64,000 nucleotides of DNA from assembly GCA_964509695.1 (NCBI GenBank), contig CAZDXN010000001.1:51188-115187 (forward strand), read 5' to 3'. This document shows, piece by piece, positions 37,757-47,991 of the stretch; positions within the stretch are counted from its first letter, which is position 1, and each line of letters begins with the position of its first letter. The notes beneath the pieces are model-generated. The model was not told where the DNA came from. It saw nothing but the letters and a program-made list of their open reading frames with translations, and made no database searches. This stretch comes from an uncultured Pseudomonadales bacterium. GTDB taxonomy: Bacteria; Patescibacteriota; Microgenomatia; UBA1400; MFAQ01. A program made the translations under genes and the position numbers.

Positions 37757-38639
37757 AATTCGTCAGATTTGTCCCCTGTGCACGAATAAGCAGTATCGGG
37801 TTATTTTCAGGTCAACGTTTAACATTAATAAACACCTGACAACCAAAATATTTTCTGCTAGGCGTTTCCCTGATCTGATCCATGGAACAATAGTCAAATG
37901 CACCAACTGTGGGTTAGTTCGGACCTTGGAGGTAATAAATCCAATGAAACTAAAAATTCTTTATCAAAAAAGCGCTTTCACTTACCAAAATCTTACCAAT
38001 AACCTAAAGACAACATATGGCAGGATTTTAAAAGACGCCAGTAAGTATACAAAAAAAGGATCATTATTAGAAATCGGCTGCGGCAACGGCTTCCTGTTGG
38101 AAGAAGCAATAAAAATCGGCTTTAACAAGGTTGCCGGTGTAGAACCCAGTCTCGATGCCTTTCATCAGGCAAATTACGTCATAAAATCCGCCATTAAGGT
38201 AGATATTCTGCGTCAAAAACAATTCCATCAGAACAGTTTCGACCTAATCGCCGCTTTTCAGGTTTTCGATCATATCGCAAATCCAAATAAGTTTTTAAGT
38301 ATTTGCCATTCATTATTAAAACCAGAAGGAATCTTGGTATTAATGAACCACGATGTCGCTTCCTTGTCTGCAAAAATACTAGGAGAGAAAAGTCCTATTT
38401 ATGATATCGAACACCCTTTTCTATATAGTCAAAATACAATCAGAAGAACACTTGAGAACAACAATTACAAAGTTATGAAAATATATAGCCCAACAGCAAT
38501 ATTTAACCTAAAATACTGCTTGAGGCTTTTACCATTACCAGCTTCAATAAAAAAAATGTTGGAACTATCAAAGAGCTGGTTATTGAATATTAATTTCAAG
38601 ATAAAGCCCGGAAATATAGCCGTTTATGCTCAAAAATAG
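37707..38639 (+). CDS. SAM-dependent methyltransferase with N-terminal zinc-ribbon (CxxC...CxxC)
   Basis: CPLCTN...CTNCGL zinc-ribbon motif, then LLEIGCGNGFLLEEA motif I and AFQVFDHI. Confidence 0.65.
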   Translation: MQSSEALSTQKEDVRNKIRQICPLCTNKQYRVIFRSTFNINKHLTTKIFSARRFPDLIHGTIVKCTNCGLVRTLEVINPMKLKILYQKSAFTYQNLTNNLKTTYGRILKDASKYTKKGSLLEIGCGNGFLLEEAIKIGFNKVAGVEPSLDAFHQANYVIKSAIKVDILRQKQFHQNSFDLIAAFQVFDHIANPNKFLSICHSLLKPEGILVLMNHDVASLSAKILGEKSPIYDIEHPFLYSQNTIRRTLENNNYKVMKIYSPTAIFNLKYCLRLLPLPASIKKMLELSKSWLLNINFKIKPGNIAVYAQK

Positions 38640-39348
38640 ACAAGAGAAAAATATTAGTGAATTTAGTAAGGATGCCGTCAGGCTCGGAGGATATATCTAC
38701 ACAAGTAATCAAAAACTCAGTAGTCTCCTCGCCAACGATCACATTACAGGGCGAACATTGTCTCTCTTGGACCTTACGGATAAGAAAATATTTGATATTG
38801 GCTGTGGAGATGGGGTTTATACTCAAGAGCTCAATTCAAAAGGGAAACCACGGTCGATATTAGCCATTGATCCTTCAATCGAGGCAATCAAAACAGCCAA
38901 GAAAAACAACCGCCATCCCGAAAGGGTGTCCTTCCGGGTTGGCGACATTTATTCACTTCCCAGATTGAAATTTGATATCGCTATTGTCAGAGGGGTAATC
39001 CACCATCTGTATCGGCCGGAGAAGGCAATATGTGAAATTTCCAAAATCGCAAAAACAATTCTCATTATTGAACCAAACGGTTATAACCCTGTCTTGAAAA
39101 TTATTGAAAAAGTATCTACGTATCATATCGAACATGAGGAAAAGTCATTCCCTCCGTTTTTAATTGACCGATGGATCAGAAATAATTCTGGGACAATCAA
39201 AGTCAGAAAGTTCGCAGGCCTAGTCCCCTTTTTTTGCCCAAACTACTTGGCCTCTTTTCTAAAGCGGCTTGAACCGGCAATCGAGAAAATCCCGCTAATA
39301 AACAAAATACTATGTGCTCAGTATTATGTGATCTATGACCTTAAGTGA
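38626..39348 (+). CDS. Class I SAM-dependent methyltransferase
   Basis: IFDIGCGDGVYTQEL motif and RGVIHHL. Confidence 0.65.
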   Translation: MLKNRQEKNISEFSKDAVRLGGYIYTSNQKLSSLLANDHITGRTLSLLDLTDKKIFDIGCGDGVYTQELNSKGKPRSILAIDPSIEAIKTAKKNNRHPERVSFRVGDIYSLPRLKFDIAIVRGVIHHLYRPEKAICEISKIAKTILIIEPNGYNPVLKIIEKVSTYHIEHEEKSFPPFLIDRWIRNNSGTIKVRKFAGLVPFFCPNYLASFLKRLEPAIEKIPLINKILCAQYYVIYDLK

Positions 39349-40175
39349 ATACTCCAAGCAATAAGTTCAGTAATTCAGTCATCAACCTACTTGCAATCGT
39401 CGCCTTGTCTATAACAGGTATTTTCGGCATACTTCGTTATTTGAAATCAGAAAATACCGGTTTTTTTACAGTTGAGACCTCTCCTAAAATTGTAAATATC
39501 GTTTCTCCTCCCGATTCAAGGTTATTAAAGAACAACTATTTCGAGGCAAAATTTAAGGCCACCTTGCCCCACCTCGGGATTGTTTCGATCCGATTCGATA
39601 CTTTCGATCGCATCAACAACGACACACTCAGATTTAAATTAATAAAAATAAATAAGAATGAAAAATTGTACGAGGGTTCTTACAAAACGGATCAATTCCA
39701 ACCTGAAAAACTTTTTCCATTTGGATTTCCTGTGGTTGCTGATTCCGAGGGAGAAACTTTTCAAATTAATCTCACTTCCGAAACAGGATCTCCGTCCTCA
39801 TCGGTCGCCATCAGTCATAATTTGCCATTTATCACTACTAGGTATGTGTTGAATATCAATACCCTAAGACGTGAGCCGATTCTTTTATATCGCTTTTTCC
39901 GCTACAAAATAACCAATTTTATCTCGAATCCTCGTTTCATTAGCTATCTTACTATCTCTTTTCTTCCTCTTTGTCTGTATCTTTTTCTTTACAAGAAGAT
40001 AAAAAACAAATTGGGACTCTTCACCTTTACCATGTTCGTGATATTGATAGGAATTCCCCGGATTTCACCAGAACCGATAGTCGAGATTTTTTCAGCTACG
40101 GCCGTCATATCTTTGATATTACTCACAATTTCATCCGTTCGGAAAGCAATCCATTACAATAACAAAAATGTCTAA
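39345..40175 (+). CDS. Membrane-anchored protein carrying the conserved uncharacterised FRTFDRIN/YKTDQFQ/LFPFGFP domain
   Basis: N-terminal TM helix, then GIVSIRFDTFDRINNDTLRF...YKTDQFQPEKLFPFGFPVVADSEG, then a C-terminal hydrophobic segment. Paralog of 32024 (N-terminus) and 52860. Confidence 0.5.
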   Translation: MNTPSNKFSNSVINLLAIVALSITGIFGILRYLKSENTGFFTVETSPKIVNIVSPPDSRLLKNNYFEAKFKATLPHLGIVSIRFDTFDRINNDTLRFKLIKINKNEKLYEGSYKTDQFQPEKLFPFGFPVVADSEGETFQINLTSETGSPSSSVAISHNLPFITTRYVLNINTLRREPILLYRFFRYKITNFISNPRFISYLTISFLPLCLYLFLYKKIKNKLGLFTFTMFVILIGIPRISPEPIVEIFSATAVISLILLTISSVRKAIHYNNKNV

Positions 40176-40863
40176 TACGTTTATCGAAATACCTACTGAC
40201 GAGCTTTCGGGGCGGTTGGCTTTTACTGTATCCAAATTTATAGACAAAAAAGATATTCGTCAAAAAAGAGTTTTAGACATAGGTTGTGGGTTCGGATGGT
40301 TTGAGGCATGGGCACTTAATCAACAACCTGAAACCATTCACGGAATCGAACTAAAAAGCGATAATCTCAAAAACCTTAAAAAAATGAGAGACAAACGTCT
40401 AAAATGTAAGGTGGGAAGTGCCATCAAGATCCCCTATCCAAATAATAGTTTCGATACAGTGACATCATGGGAGGTGGTCGAACACATTCCGCCTCAGACA
40501 GAAGAGACAATGTTTCGGGAAGTATATCGGGTGCTAAAGCCGAGAGGAGTTTTTTATCTTTCTACTCCCAACTCCCATTTGGTTAGCAGGGTCCTTGATC
40601 CGGCTTGGTGGCTGATTGGGCATCGTCATTATAACCTCGACTTCTTTAGAAGACTCGCCAAGAAGACTGGCTTTCAAATCCGAAGATACGTCGTCAAGGG
40701 TAAAATTTGGGAGCTCCTGACAATAATTAACCTCTATATTTCAAAATGGCTTCTAAAGAGGCCACTTCTATTTCCGACCTTCTTTTCCCGAAGGCGGGAT
40801 AAGGAATACCGTCAAAAAAACGGTTTTGCCTTGATTTTTATAAAATTAACGAAACAAAAATAA
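40168..40863 (+). CDS. Class I SAM-dependent methyltransferase
   Basis: VLDIGCGFGWF motif I and WEVVEHI motif. Confidence 0.7.
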   Translation: MSNTFIEIPTDELSGRLAFTVSKFIDKKDIRQKRVLDIGCGFGWFEAWALNQQPETIHGIELKSDNLKNLKKMRDKRLKCKVGSAIKIPYPNNSFDTVTSWEVVEHIPPQTEETMFREVYRVLKPRGVFYLSTPNSHLVSRVLDPAWWLIGHRHYNLDFFRRLAKKTGFQIRRYVVKGKIWELLTIINLYISKWLLKRPLLFPTFFSRRRDKEYRQKNGFALIFIKLTKQK

Positions 40864-41936
40864 TGTCGTTGACAAAATATCCAAAAATCTCAGTCGTTAT
40901 GCCAATTTTGAACGAGTCATTTCGACTGGCCGGATGTTTGCGGTCTATCAGAGACCAGAACTATCCTCAAGATAAAATTGAAATAATAATTGCGGACGGT
41001 GGGTCGACAGATGATTCGGTAAAAATAGCAAAACAGTTTGGGGCAATTGTTGTCTTTAATCCTCTTAGAACTTCAGAAAGTGGGAAAGCTGCCGCCCTAA
41101 AAGAAAGTAAGGGAGATCTGATTCTCCTCATAGACGGAGACAATTTGCTACCCGATAATAATTGGCTTCGTAAAATGGTTCGGCCCCTATCGGCCGATAA
41201 AAGATTGGTTGGTAGTGAGGCTCTTTACTTCACTCATAGGTATACGGACGGGTTCATCGATAGATACTGTGCCTTAATTGGGATGAATGACCCTCTATGT
41301 TATTGGCTTGGCGCCTACGATAGGTACTCCCTATTATCAGGAAAATGGACGGGCCTTCAGGTTCAGAGTAAAAAACATAAAGATTATCTTGAGGTAAAAT
41401 TGCATCAAGGGAATATTCCGACCATAGGTTCAAATGGTTGTCTCTTTCGCCATTCCATCTTCGAAAAAAACCATGAGCTACAAAGAAAATATCTATTCGA
41501 CATGGATATTTTGGAACTTCTCTGTCATAAATACGGCCCGCAACTTTTCGCCAAAGTTGAAGTGGGGGTGATTCACCTGTATTGCGGCACGAGTCTAAGG
41601 CGGTTCGCCAGGAAACAACACCGAAGGGTCAAAGATTTTCTCTTTCGACGTTCGCTAAAAAATATTTTTGTAGAAAATAGTTATGAGAAAAGGAGATATC
41701 AATACGGGCAGAAAAATCAATTTAACTTACTTTGGGGGTTAGCCGGTTTCTCTCTTTCTTGTCTAACAGTGTTTCCTCTATTGTTTCAGTCACTTTACGG
41801 GTATTCCAAAAAACGTGATTCCGCCTGGTTCGCCCACCCCTTCCTCTGTTGGATAACTTTTGTTATCTATGCCTATGGAGCCGCTGAAAGTTTATTTTTT
41901 AGTAGTGAGTATAGCCGCGAGAAATGGGGAAGATAA
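40863..41936 (+). CDS. GT2 family glycosyltransferase with C-terminal membrane tail (paralog of 8241..9257)
   Basis: ISVVMPILNESFRLAGCLRSI...IIADGGSTDDS motif and a conserved C-terminal KKRDSAWFAHPFLCW. Confidence 0.7.
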   Translation: MSLTKYPKISVVMPILNESFRLAGCLRSIRDQNYPQDKIEIIIADGGSTDDSVKIAKQFGAIVVFNPLRTSESGKAAALKESKGDLILLIDGDNLLPDNNWLRKMVRPLSADKRLVGSEALYFTHRYTDGFIDRYCALIGMNDPLCYWLGAYDRYSLLSGKWTGLQVQSKKHKDYLEVKLHQGNIPTIGSNGCLFRHSIFEKNHELQRKYLFDMDILELLCHKYGPQLFAKVEVGVIHLYCGTSLRRFARKQHRRVKDFLFRRSLKNIFVENSYEKRRYQYGQKNQFNLLWGLAGFSLSCLTVFPLLFQSLYGYSKKRDSAWFAHPFLCWITFVIYAYGAAESLFFSSEYSREKWGR

Positions 41937-44083
41937 TTATTTTATTTACCGCTGTCATCTTATTGTTGGGGATCAACAGTCCTCGTAAATTTTCCATCCC
42001 CAAACAAGTCGATCAAGACGAACTTAGAAAGAATGTCATATCGGATCCGAAATTATTTGCAGACCCTCTGTCGTCAAATTATTTCTGGGTAAACGACGTT
42101 TCCGGAGACAGGCCGAGGAAAGTACATATCAGTTTTATTCACTCCATCGCCGTGGGCGGTTTTTCAATATTTTTCCCCGGGAACATGGAAACAAATTCTT
42201 CGTATGTCCCCGATGATTTTGACGTCTACACCAAACCCGTTGGCGCTGGCTGGGAACTTGCCGATCAAGAAAGACACTTTGGAAGATCATCGTATGTTCT
42301 TAAATTAAAGGAAAATATCGATCTTGAGGGTATCAACCTTGTACTGTTAGGAAGCAAACATGAAAACAGTGAGGTCAGAATATCTGACTTAAAAATCTAT
42401 ACCAAGACAAACGTAAACCTTAGAGAATATCTTTTGTGGCTGGTTTCTTCAAACAGTAAAAGTGTCTGGTCATATTTAGGCTTGTCTATTCTGTTTTATA
42501 TCGTTATTATGGCCCCAGGAATAGGCCTCTTGACGTTTTTCTTTAGCAATAAGAAAAAGTCTGTAGATCTCGGCACTACCTTCGTTTTTGGCCCGCTTCT
42601 TTCGATGCTAGTGCTCGCGGGCTCTACTTTAGGCTATATCATTTCCAAGAACCAAACGTTTCTGTCAATCTATCTCCCTTATTTTGTGATAGGTTCAATT
42701 ATTTTCTTTCGAAAAAAAGTATACCGAAAGTTGGGAGATATCAAATTTCTTCTACTATTATCGATTGCGTTTTTACTAGCCACAACCTTGCTTCAAATAA
42801 CACGAGACACGTTACTTAATCTGAACTATATCGAAACATTTCTGGACAATCTAAATCCTCTTTCCTTGAGTAGCTATTTTGGATATCACGCGGACAACAC
42901 GATGCCCTGGGGAATAGCCAGAAGTTTTTTACATCAAGCGAGTCCGTTTTCACAGGAAGCTCTTCACTATCGCTTGGGTCAACCAGCGAGCAGCGTAACC
43001 AATAGAATTCCAACCTTGTCATTAATAGTCGCCCCAATTTTAGCGTTTTTTGGAGAAAGTCATTTTGTCTTTCAACGTTTTCTTAATGTTTTGGTTTCCT
43101 TTTACTACCTAGCTGTATTTTGGACGATAAAGCAGTTCTTTTCTGAAAAAGTTTCCCGTTTGACCATATTATTGCTTCTATTAAGCGTCCCAATATCGCT
43201 TACTACCTGGAATGCCGAACTTAACATCAAATACGTTTCCATGTACCCCTTGATCTTAGCCGCAGGTTTTTTGGTCAAAGGGGGAACGGGGTCGCTTTTG
43301 TCAATTAGTGGTCTTTTTGTCTTTTCTGTACTCATCCACCCTATGGCAATTTTATTTGCCCCGGCTTTTACAATCGTGTTTTTGCTAAAAAGAAAAACGT
43401 TTGGGGGAATGCTATTCGAGTCAGTTGTTTCCTGTTTGCCAGCGGTCGGTGTTTTGGCTGTATGGTTTGTTCTTACCGCCTTGGTAAAGGACAACCCCGA
43501 CCCTTCCACTGGTTCTATCCCTTCGTCAAATATTTATACTTTTTTCAATGCCGATAGCCTAACTTGGACAAACAAGGCGGCAAATATCATTAATATCTTT
43601 ATCCCTGATTACTTAAATCGTTTCTACCCAAATTTTCTTTCCGGAGAATACGCCCGTTTGTTTTTCAGAACATCTATTATCGGGTCTCTTAGTCCATTTT
43701 TTACCTATTATCTATTTTTCCGCACAAAAATAATCACCATTGCTAATCATTTATTGGTTATAGCATTGAGTGTGATTCCCCAAATTATATTTTGGCTTCA
43801 CCCGCACTATTATGACTTTTCGTCATTTGCTCTTTTTTTCCCTTTTGCCGTTCCGTTCTTATTCGCACTAGTGGTTCAAGAACTAATTAAAGATACTCCC
43901 GGGAAAAGGTTTCTCTACATATTTTCATATGTGGTTTTTATGGGCATAAGCTTTTTTGTCACATCCAATGCCTTTCCTGATCTGAAGTATTGGGACAATG
44001 TAATTTCTACCTACACAATCGCCCTCTGGTCTATATTCATCTTGGTTTCAATATATACATTGAAATCGCAGGCTAAAACATAA
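41924..44083 (+). CDS. Large polytopic membrane protein (GT-C/polymerase-like candidate)
   Basis: An N-terminal TM helix is followed by a soluble domain of about 150 aa, then 12 or more TM helices. No diagnostic motif was recognised. Confidence 0.4.
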   Translation: MGKIIILFTAVILLLGINSPRKFSIPKQVDQDELRKNVISDPKLFADPLSSNYFWVNDVSGDRPRKVHISFIHSIAVGGFSIFFPGNMETNSSYVPDDFDVYTKPVGAGWELADQERHFGRSSYVLKLKENIDLEGINLVLLGSKHENSEVRISDLKIYTKTNVNLREYLLWLVSSNSKSVWSYLGLSILFYIVIMAPGIGLLTFFFSNKKKSVDLGTTFVFGPLLSMLVLAGSTLGYIISKNQTFLSIYLPYFVIGSIIFFRKKVYRKLGDIKFLLLLSIAFLLATTLLQITRDTLLNLNYIETFLDNLNPLSLSSYFGYHADNTMPWGIARSFLHQASPFSQEALHYRLGQPASSVTNRIPTLSLIVAPILAFFGESHFVFQRFLNVLVSFYYLAVFWTIKQFFSEKVSRLTILLLLLSVPISLTTWNAELNIKYVSMYPLILAAGFLVKGGTGSLLSISGLFVFSVLIHPMAILFAPAFTIVFLLKRKTFGGMLFESVVSCLPAVGVLAVWFVLTALVKDNPDPSTGSIPSSNIYTFFNADSLTWTNKAANIINIFIPDYLNRFYPNFLSGEYARLFFRTSIIGSLSPFFTYYLFFRTKIITIANHLLVIALSVIPQIIFWLHPHYYDFSSFALFFPFAVPFLFALVVQELIKDTPGKRFLYIFSYVVFMGISFFVTSNAFPDLKYWDNVISTYTIALWSIFILVSIYTLKSQAKT

Positions 44084-45235
44084 ATGATGCAACACGGCAA
44101 GGTCCTTATCATTTGCCCATTTACCGCTCCGAATCAGGGTGGTGTAGAGTCCCACATCCAGAAGCTACTTAAGTTTTTGGATACCAAAAAAACCAAGGCC
44201 ATCATTGTCAGCTACACCCCACTCACTACCCCAATAAAGTCCCCCTGGTACGAAAAAAAGGATAACTACGAAATCTATCGTATGCCATGGTTTGGCAACG
44301 GTTGGTTCCCGAAAATCGAACACAATCCGATTCTGACTTCTCTCTACCTCGTTCCGGGTTTGTTGTTCCTCAGTCTTTACGTTGGGATCAGACGAAGGAA
44401 TGAAATTAGGGTCGTTCATTCCCATGGCTTCGCCGCTGGATTGATTGGCGCGTTGATGAAACCCATCATCAATAAGAGATCCGTAATTAGTACCCACGCG
44501 ATCTACAATTTTGAGAACCGCCCTCTACTCGCAAAAATTATCAAAGGTATCCTGTCCTGCTACGATTATATCCTCGCTGTCGGAGAACCATCCAAACAAG
44601 AGCTTATCAAGATCGGCCTGTCAAAGGAAAAGATAGAAGTTCATCCCAACTGGGTCGACACGGACTTTTTCAAACCCGCCAACGCTTCCAAGTTCCACAA
44701 AAAATTAACCGCGATCTTTGTTGGTAGAGGATTGAGGAAGAAAGGCCTCTTTCTTTTCGGAGAACTAGCAGTGGAAAATCCGAATCTTGATTTCATCGCC
44801 CGCGTCGCTGAAGGTCCCGATCTGGATGAATTCATTACGAAATTTAGCAATCAAAAAAACCTAGACATCAGGACGGGTTTGCCTCAAGATTTTGAAAAGA
44901 AAATGAAAACCATCAGGGGCGAGTATCAGTCAGCAGATGTCTTTATTATGCCCTCTCTTTACCCAGAAGGTTTTGCCTCGGTAGTAATCGAGGCTGCCAG
45001 TTCCGGCCTAGCCCTTATTTCATCCAATCTCGGCACCCTCCCCAGCATTCTAGAGGGATCAGGCGCTGAGATAGTAACCCCGACCGAAAAAAACATCTCG
45101 GCTGTTCTGCGGAAACTGGACAGAAACAGGTCCCTATTACGGAAACTCCAAATCGGCATGAGACAATTCGCTATAAGCAAGTTTTCCGACGAAAACGCCG
45201 AGGTAATATACAATAGCTACAACTTCCGGCAATGA
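44084..45235 (+). CDS. GT4 family glycosyltransferase (GT-B fold)
   Basis: C-terminal EGFASVVIEAASSGLALISSNLGTLPSIL matches the GT4 E-x7-E region. Confidence 0.75.
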   Translation: MMQHGKVLIICPFTAPNQGGVESHIQKLLKFLDTKKTKAIIVSYTPLTTPIKSPWYEKKDNYEIYRMPWFGNGWFPKIEHNPILTSLYLVPGLLFLSLYVGIRRRNEIRVVHSHGFAAGLIGALMKPIINKRSVISTHAIYNFENRPLLAKIIKGILSCYDYILAVGEPSKQELIKIGLSKEKIEVHPNWVDTDFFKPANASKFHKKLTAIFVGRGLRKKGLFLFGELAVENPNLDFIARVAEGPDLDEFITKFSNQKNLDIRTGLPQDFEKKMKTIRGEYQSADVFIMPSLYPEGFASVVIEAASSGLALISSNLGTLPSILEGSGAEIVTPTEKNISAVLRKLDRNRSLLRKLQIGMRQFAISKFSDENAEVIYNSYNFRQ

Positions 45236-45855
45236 AAAAAATAAAACTTAATCTCGGTTCGGGACCGTCCGGAATAAACGGCTGGGTTAATTATGACACT
45301 GGAGTACTTCCTTGGCTCTCAAGACATCCCCAACTTAGGCATCTAATTTGTGCTTTGGGTCTGTTACCCAAAAATTACGACGTCGAATGGCCTGAAATCC
45401 AACTGGTCGATATAAGACACAAGTTTCCTTTGGAAGATGAATCTGTCGATTTTATTTATTGTTCCCAAGTAATCGAGCATTTTGAAAGATATGAAGCTCT
45501 AAATATACTAAGGGAGTCTCACCGGGTTCTAAAACTTGATGGAGTTATCCGCATCAGTGTCCCGGATATAGAGAAAATGCTTAGTCCTGATTTTACCGCC
45601 AGAGAAATAAACGTCCTCTGGTGGGGATACGAAAAAGATATTCCTCCTGCAAATATTTTCTCCAAGATTTCACGGCTATTTATTCGCGAACATCAATGGC
45701 ACTATGACACTACATCAATGAAAAAGCTCCTCTCTCAAGCTGGCTACAGGAGGGTGAAAACGTGCTCATTCAGAAGAGGTGAAACACCTGATCTTGATCG
45801 AGTTGAGATTGATGCTCACAAAAAGCACAGCCTCTATATAGAGGCAAAGAAATAG
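45232..45855 (+). CDS. SAM-dependent methyltransferase (Methyltransf_11/23-like)
   Basis: KLNLGSG motif I and FIYCSQVIEHF motif. Confidence 0.6.
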   Translation: MKKIKLNLGSGPSGINGWVNYDTGVLPWLSRHPQLRHLICALGLLPKNYDVEWPEIQLVDIRHKFPLEDESVDFIYCSQVIEHFERYEALNILRESHRVLKLDGVIRISVPDIEKMLSPDFTAREINVLWWGYEKDIPPANIFSKISRLFIREHQWHYDTTSMKKLLSQAGYRRVKTCSFRRGETPDLDRVEIDAHKKHSLYIEAKK

Positions 45856-45862
45856 ATCAGAT

Positions 45863-47212
45863 ATGAAAATCTTATTTATATATCCATCCAACGACCCCTC
45901 TTATCCACTACAGCTTGGAGCTCTCTCATCCTTTATAAAACAAGAGAAACATCAGGCAAAGTTGTTATCACTAAAAATTACTGGGACTATAGAAACCGAG
46001 CATTTTTCTGAAATCAAAGGAATCATTAAGGACTTTAACCCGGATTATATTGGTTTCAGTTGTTACGAGACCGCCTTCCCCTGGATAAAAAAAATAAGTA
46101 ACTACATCAAGAAGCACTGGCCGGGGATAAAAATCATTGCCGGGGGATACTTCGCCACGCTCGCCCCCGAAGAAGTTATCTCATTTAAAGCGATAGATAT
46201 TGTTTGCCGAGGTGAGGGGGAATATCCACTGCTCGAGTTGTTCAACAAACCTCAAAAGACTAATATCCAGAACTTATGGATAAAGAAGAGTAATGAAATT
46301 ATCAAAAATCCCATACGACCATTGATTGTGGATCTGGACGAACTTCCCTACCCCGATAGGGAAATGCTCGACTACCAAAACCAGTTGGATCTTGAAAAAA
46401 GGGGTGAAAGGACTATCAAGATAATGGCCACTCGAGGTTGCCCTTATTTTTGCACCTACTGCAGCAACAAATATTTCCGAGCTCTCGTTCCCAATCCCCA
46501 GATATATCTTCGGCTGAGAAGCCCGAAAAACGTCATCGAAGAGATCAAACAACTAAAGTCAAAGTATAACTTTGAACTCGTCGGCTTTCATGACGACAAT
46601 CTGACGCTGGACATCAAATGGCTGAAAAAATTTGCAGGGCTATATAGTAAACAAATCGGTCTCCCGTTTTACTGCGCCACCAGAGTTGAGTATTGTAAAA
46701 ATGAAGTTCTCGACATTCTAAAAAATGCCGGCTGCTACTTACTGCTCATCGGCGTCGAAAGCGGTGACGAAAAATATCGGGCGGGGATGATGAAGCGATT
46801 TATGACTAACAAGGCTACCATCGAAGCCTTCCATCGTGCTAGGGGAAAAGGTCTCCTAACTTGGTCATTCACCATGGTCGGCCTTCCCAAAGAAAATCGG
46901 TTAATGCTGCTGAAGACGATCTGGTTAAATTGGCAGTGTAAGGCTGATTTCGTCATGTCTTCAATTTTTTACCCCTTAAAGGGAACTGAACTAGGAAATC
47001 TTTGTTATGAGAGTGGTTGGGTAAACCAAGAAAAAAAAGAAAATATCACCTCTTATGCTTGGGATACCGTCCTCGATCATCCCATTCTTTCAACACTAGA
47101 AATCCGCTTGGCAAAATATCTGAACTCCCTTACCGCCATCAGAAGCCCTCTATTTTGGGAGCTGACTTCCAGCAGGGTAAAAAATTATTTGCTGGGAAAA
47201 GGAAGACTATGA
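45863..47212 (+). CDS. B12-binding radical SAM protein (class B)
   Basis: ATRGCPYFCTYCS motif and B12-binding N-terminus. Confidence 0.75.
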   Translation: MKILFIYPSNDPSYPLQLGALSSFIKQEKHQAKLLSLKITGTIETEHFSEIKGIIKDFNPDYIGFSCYETAFPWIKKISNYIKKHWPGIKIIAGGYFATLAPEEVISFKAIDIVCRGEGEYPLLELFNKPQKTNIQNLWIKKSNEIIKNPIRPLIVDLDELPYPDREMLDYQNQLDLEKRGERTIKIMATRGCPYFCTYCSNKYFRALVPNPQIYLRLRSPKNVIEEIKQLKSKYNFELVGFHDDNLTLDIKWLKKFAGLYSKQIGLPFYCATRVEYCKNEVLDILKNAGCYLLLIGVESGDEKYRAGMMKRFMTNKATIEAFHRARGKGLLTWSFTMVGLPKENRLMLLKTIWLNWQCKADFVMSSIFYPLKGTELGNLCYESGWVNQEKKENITSYAWDTVLDHPILSTLEIRLAKYLNSLTAIRSPLFWELTSSRVKNYLLGKGRL

Positions 47213-47991
47213 AAAAAAAGATTGAAAAAAACCGTTGGCAAGCTGCCCAAAAATTTGAATACAATGACTGGGCAAATATGCCAAACATCGTAACAGATGA
47301 ATGGAAAGAGCTCGTGAAGAAATATTCAAAACTATTTCCAAAAATCGCCAAAAGCTCTGACCTGAAAGATTCAGACGCCATTCTCGACGTCGGCTGCGGT
47401 CCAACCGTCCCAGCCAGGCTTCTTAGAAAAGGAAGGGTCACTGGTATCGAACCCCTAGCAGATAAACTCAAGATCTCTGGAGGAAAGTACTTACCCGGCG
47501 TAAATATCATCTGCGGCAAAGCCGAAAAAATGCCTTTTAAAGATCACTCATTTCAGTTCGTTGTCTGTCGAAACGTCATTGACCACACCCAGAATCCCAA
47601 GGTAATCATTAAAGAAGTAAAAAGAGTTTTAAAAAAAAATGGTCATTTTCTTCTAATTTCTTACACCTATTCACCTTTTATCACTTTTGTAAAAAACATT
47701 AGCGAGCGCATTGGATTATTTCGCAACATCGGTCATCCATTCACCTTCACACCAGAAATGCTTGACCAACTAGTTCAACCGGAATTTGAAATCAAACAAA
47801 GATATACTATTCACACAGGCAAAGATTCTACTGACTATGGCAAAGTGGGGGAGGAGATTGTTGACAATTCCTTGCTGCACAAGACGATGATATTTATTAA
47901 CAACAAAATTTTGGGAGAACCATGGTTTCTAAAGGAATACGGCTTCTTGTGCATCCCAACACCAAAACATACTAAATATGCCGAAGTCTAA
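47209..47991 (+). CDS. Class I SAM-dependent methyltransferase
   Basis: The start sits in an ATGA overlap with the upstream stop. ILDVGCGPTVPARLL motif I and VCRNVIDH. Confidence 0.7.
   Translation: MKKKIEKNRWQAAQKFEYNDWANMPNIVTDEWKELVKKYSKLFPKIAKSSDLKDSDAILDVGCGPTVPARLLRKGRVTGIEPLADKLKISGGKYLPGVNIICGKAEKMPFKDHSFQFVVCRNVIDHTQNPKVIIKEVKRVLKKNGHFLLISYTYSPFITFVKNISERIGLFRNIGHPFTFTPEMLDQLVQPEFEIKQRYTIHTGKDSTDYGKVGEEIVDNSLLHKTMIFINNKILGEPWFLKEYGFLCIPTPKHTKYAEV

Noticed and set aside
42816-43509. Minus-strand ORFs 42816..43037 and 43105..43509
   Set aside because: They are antisense to the 719-aa polytopic membrane protein and have no supporting motifs.
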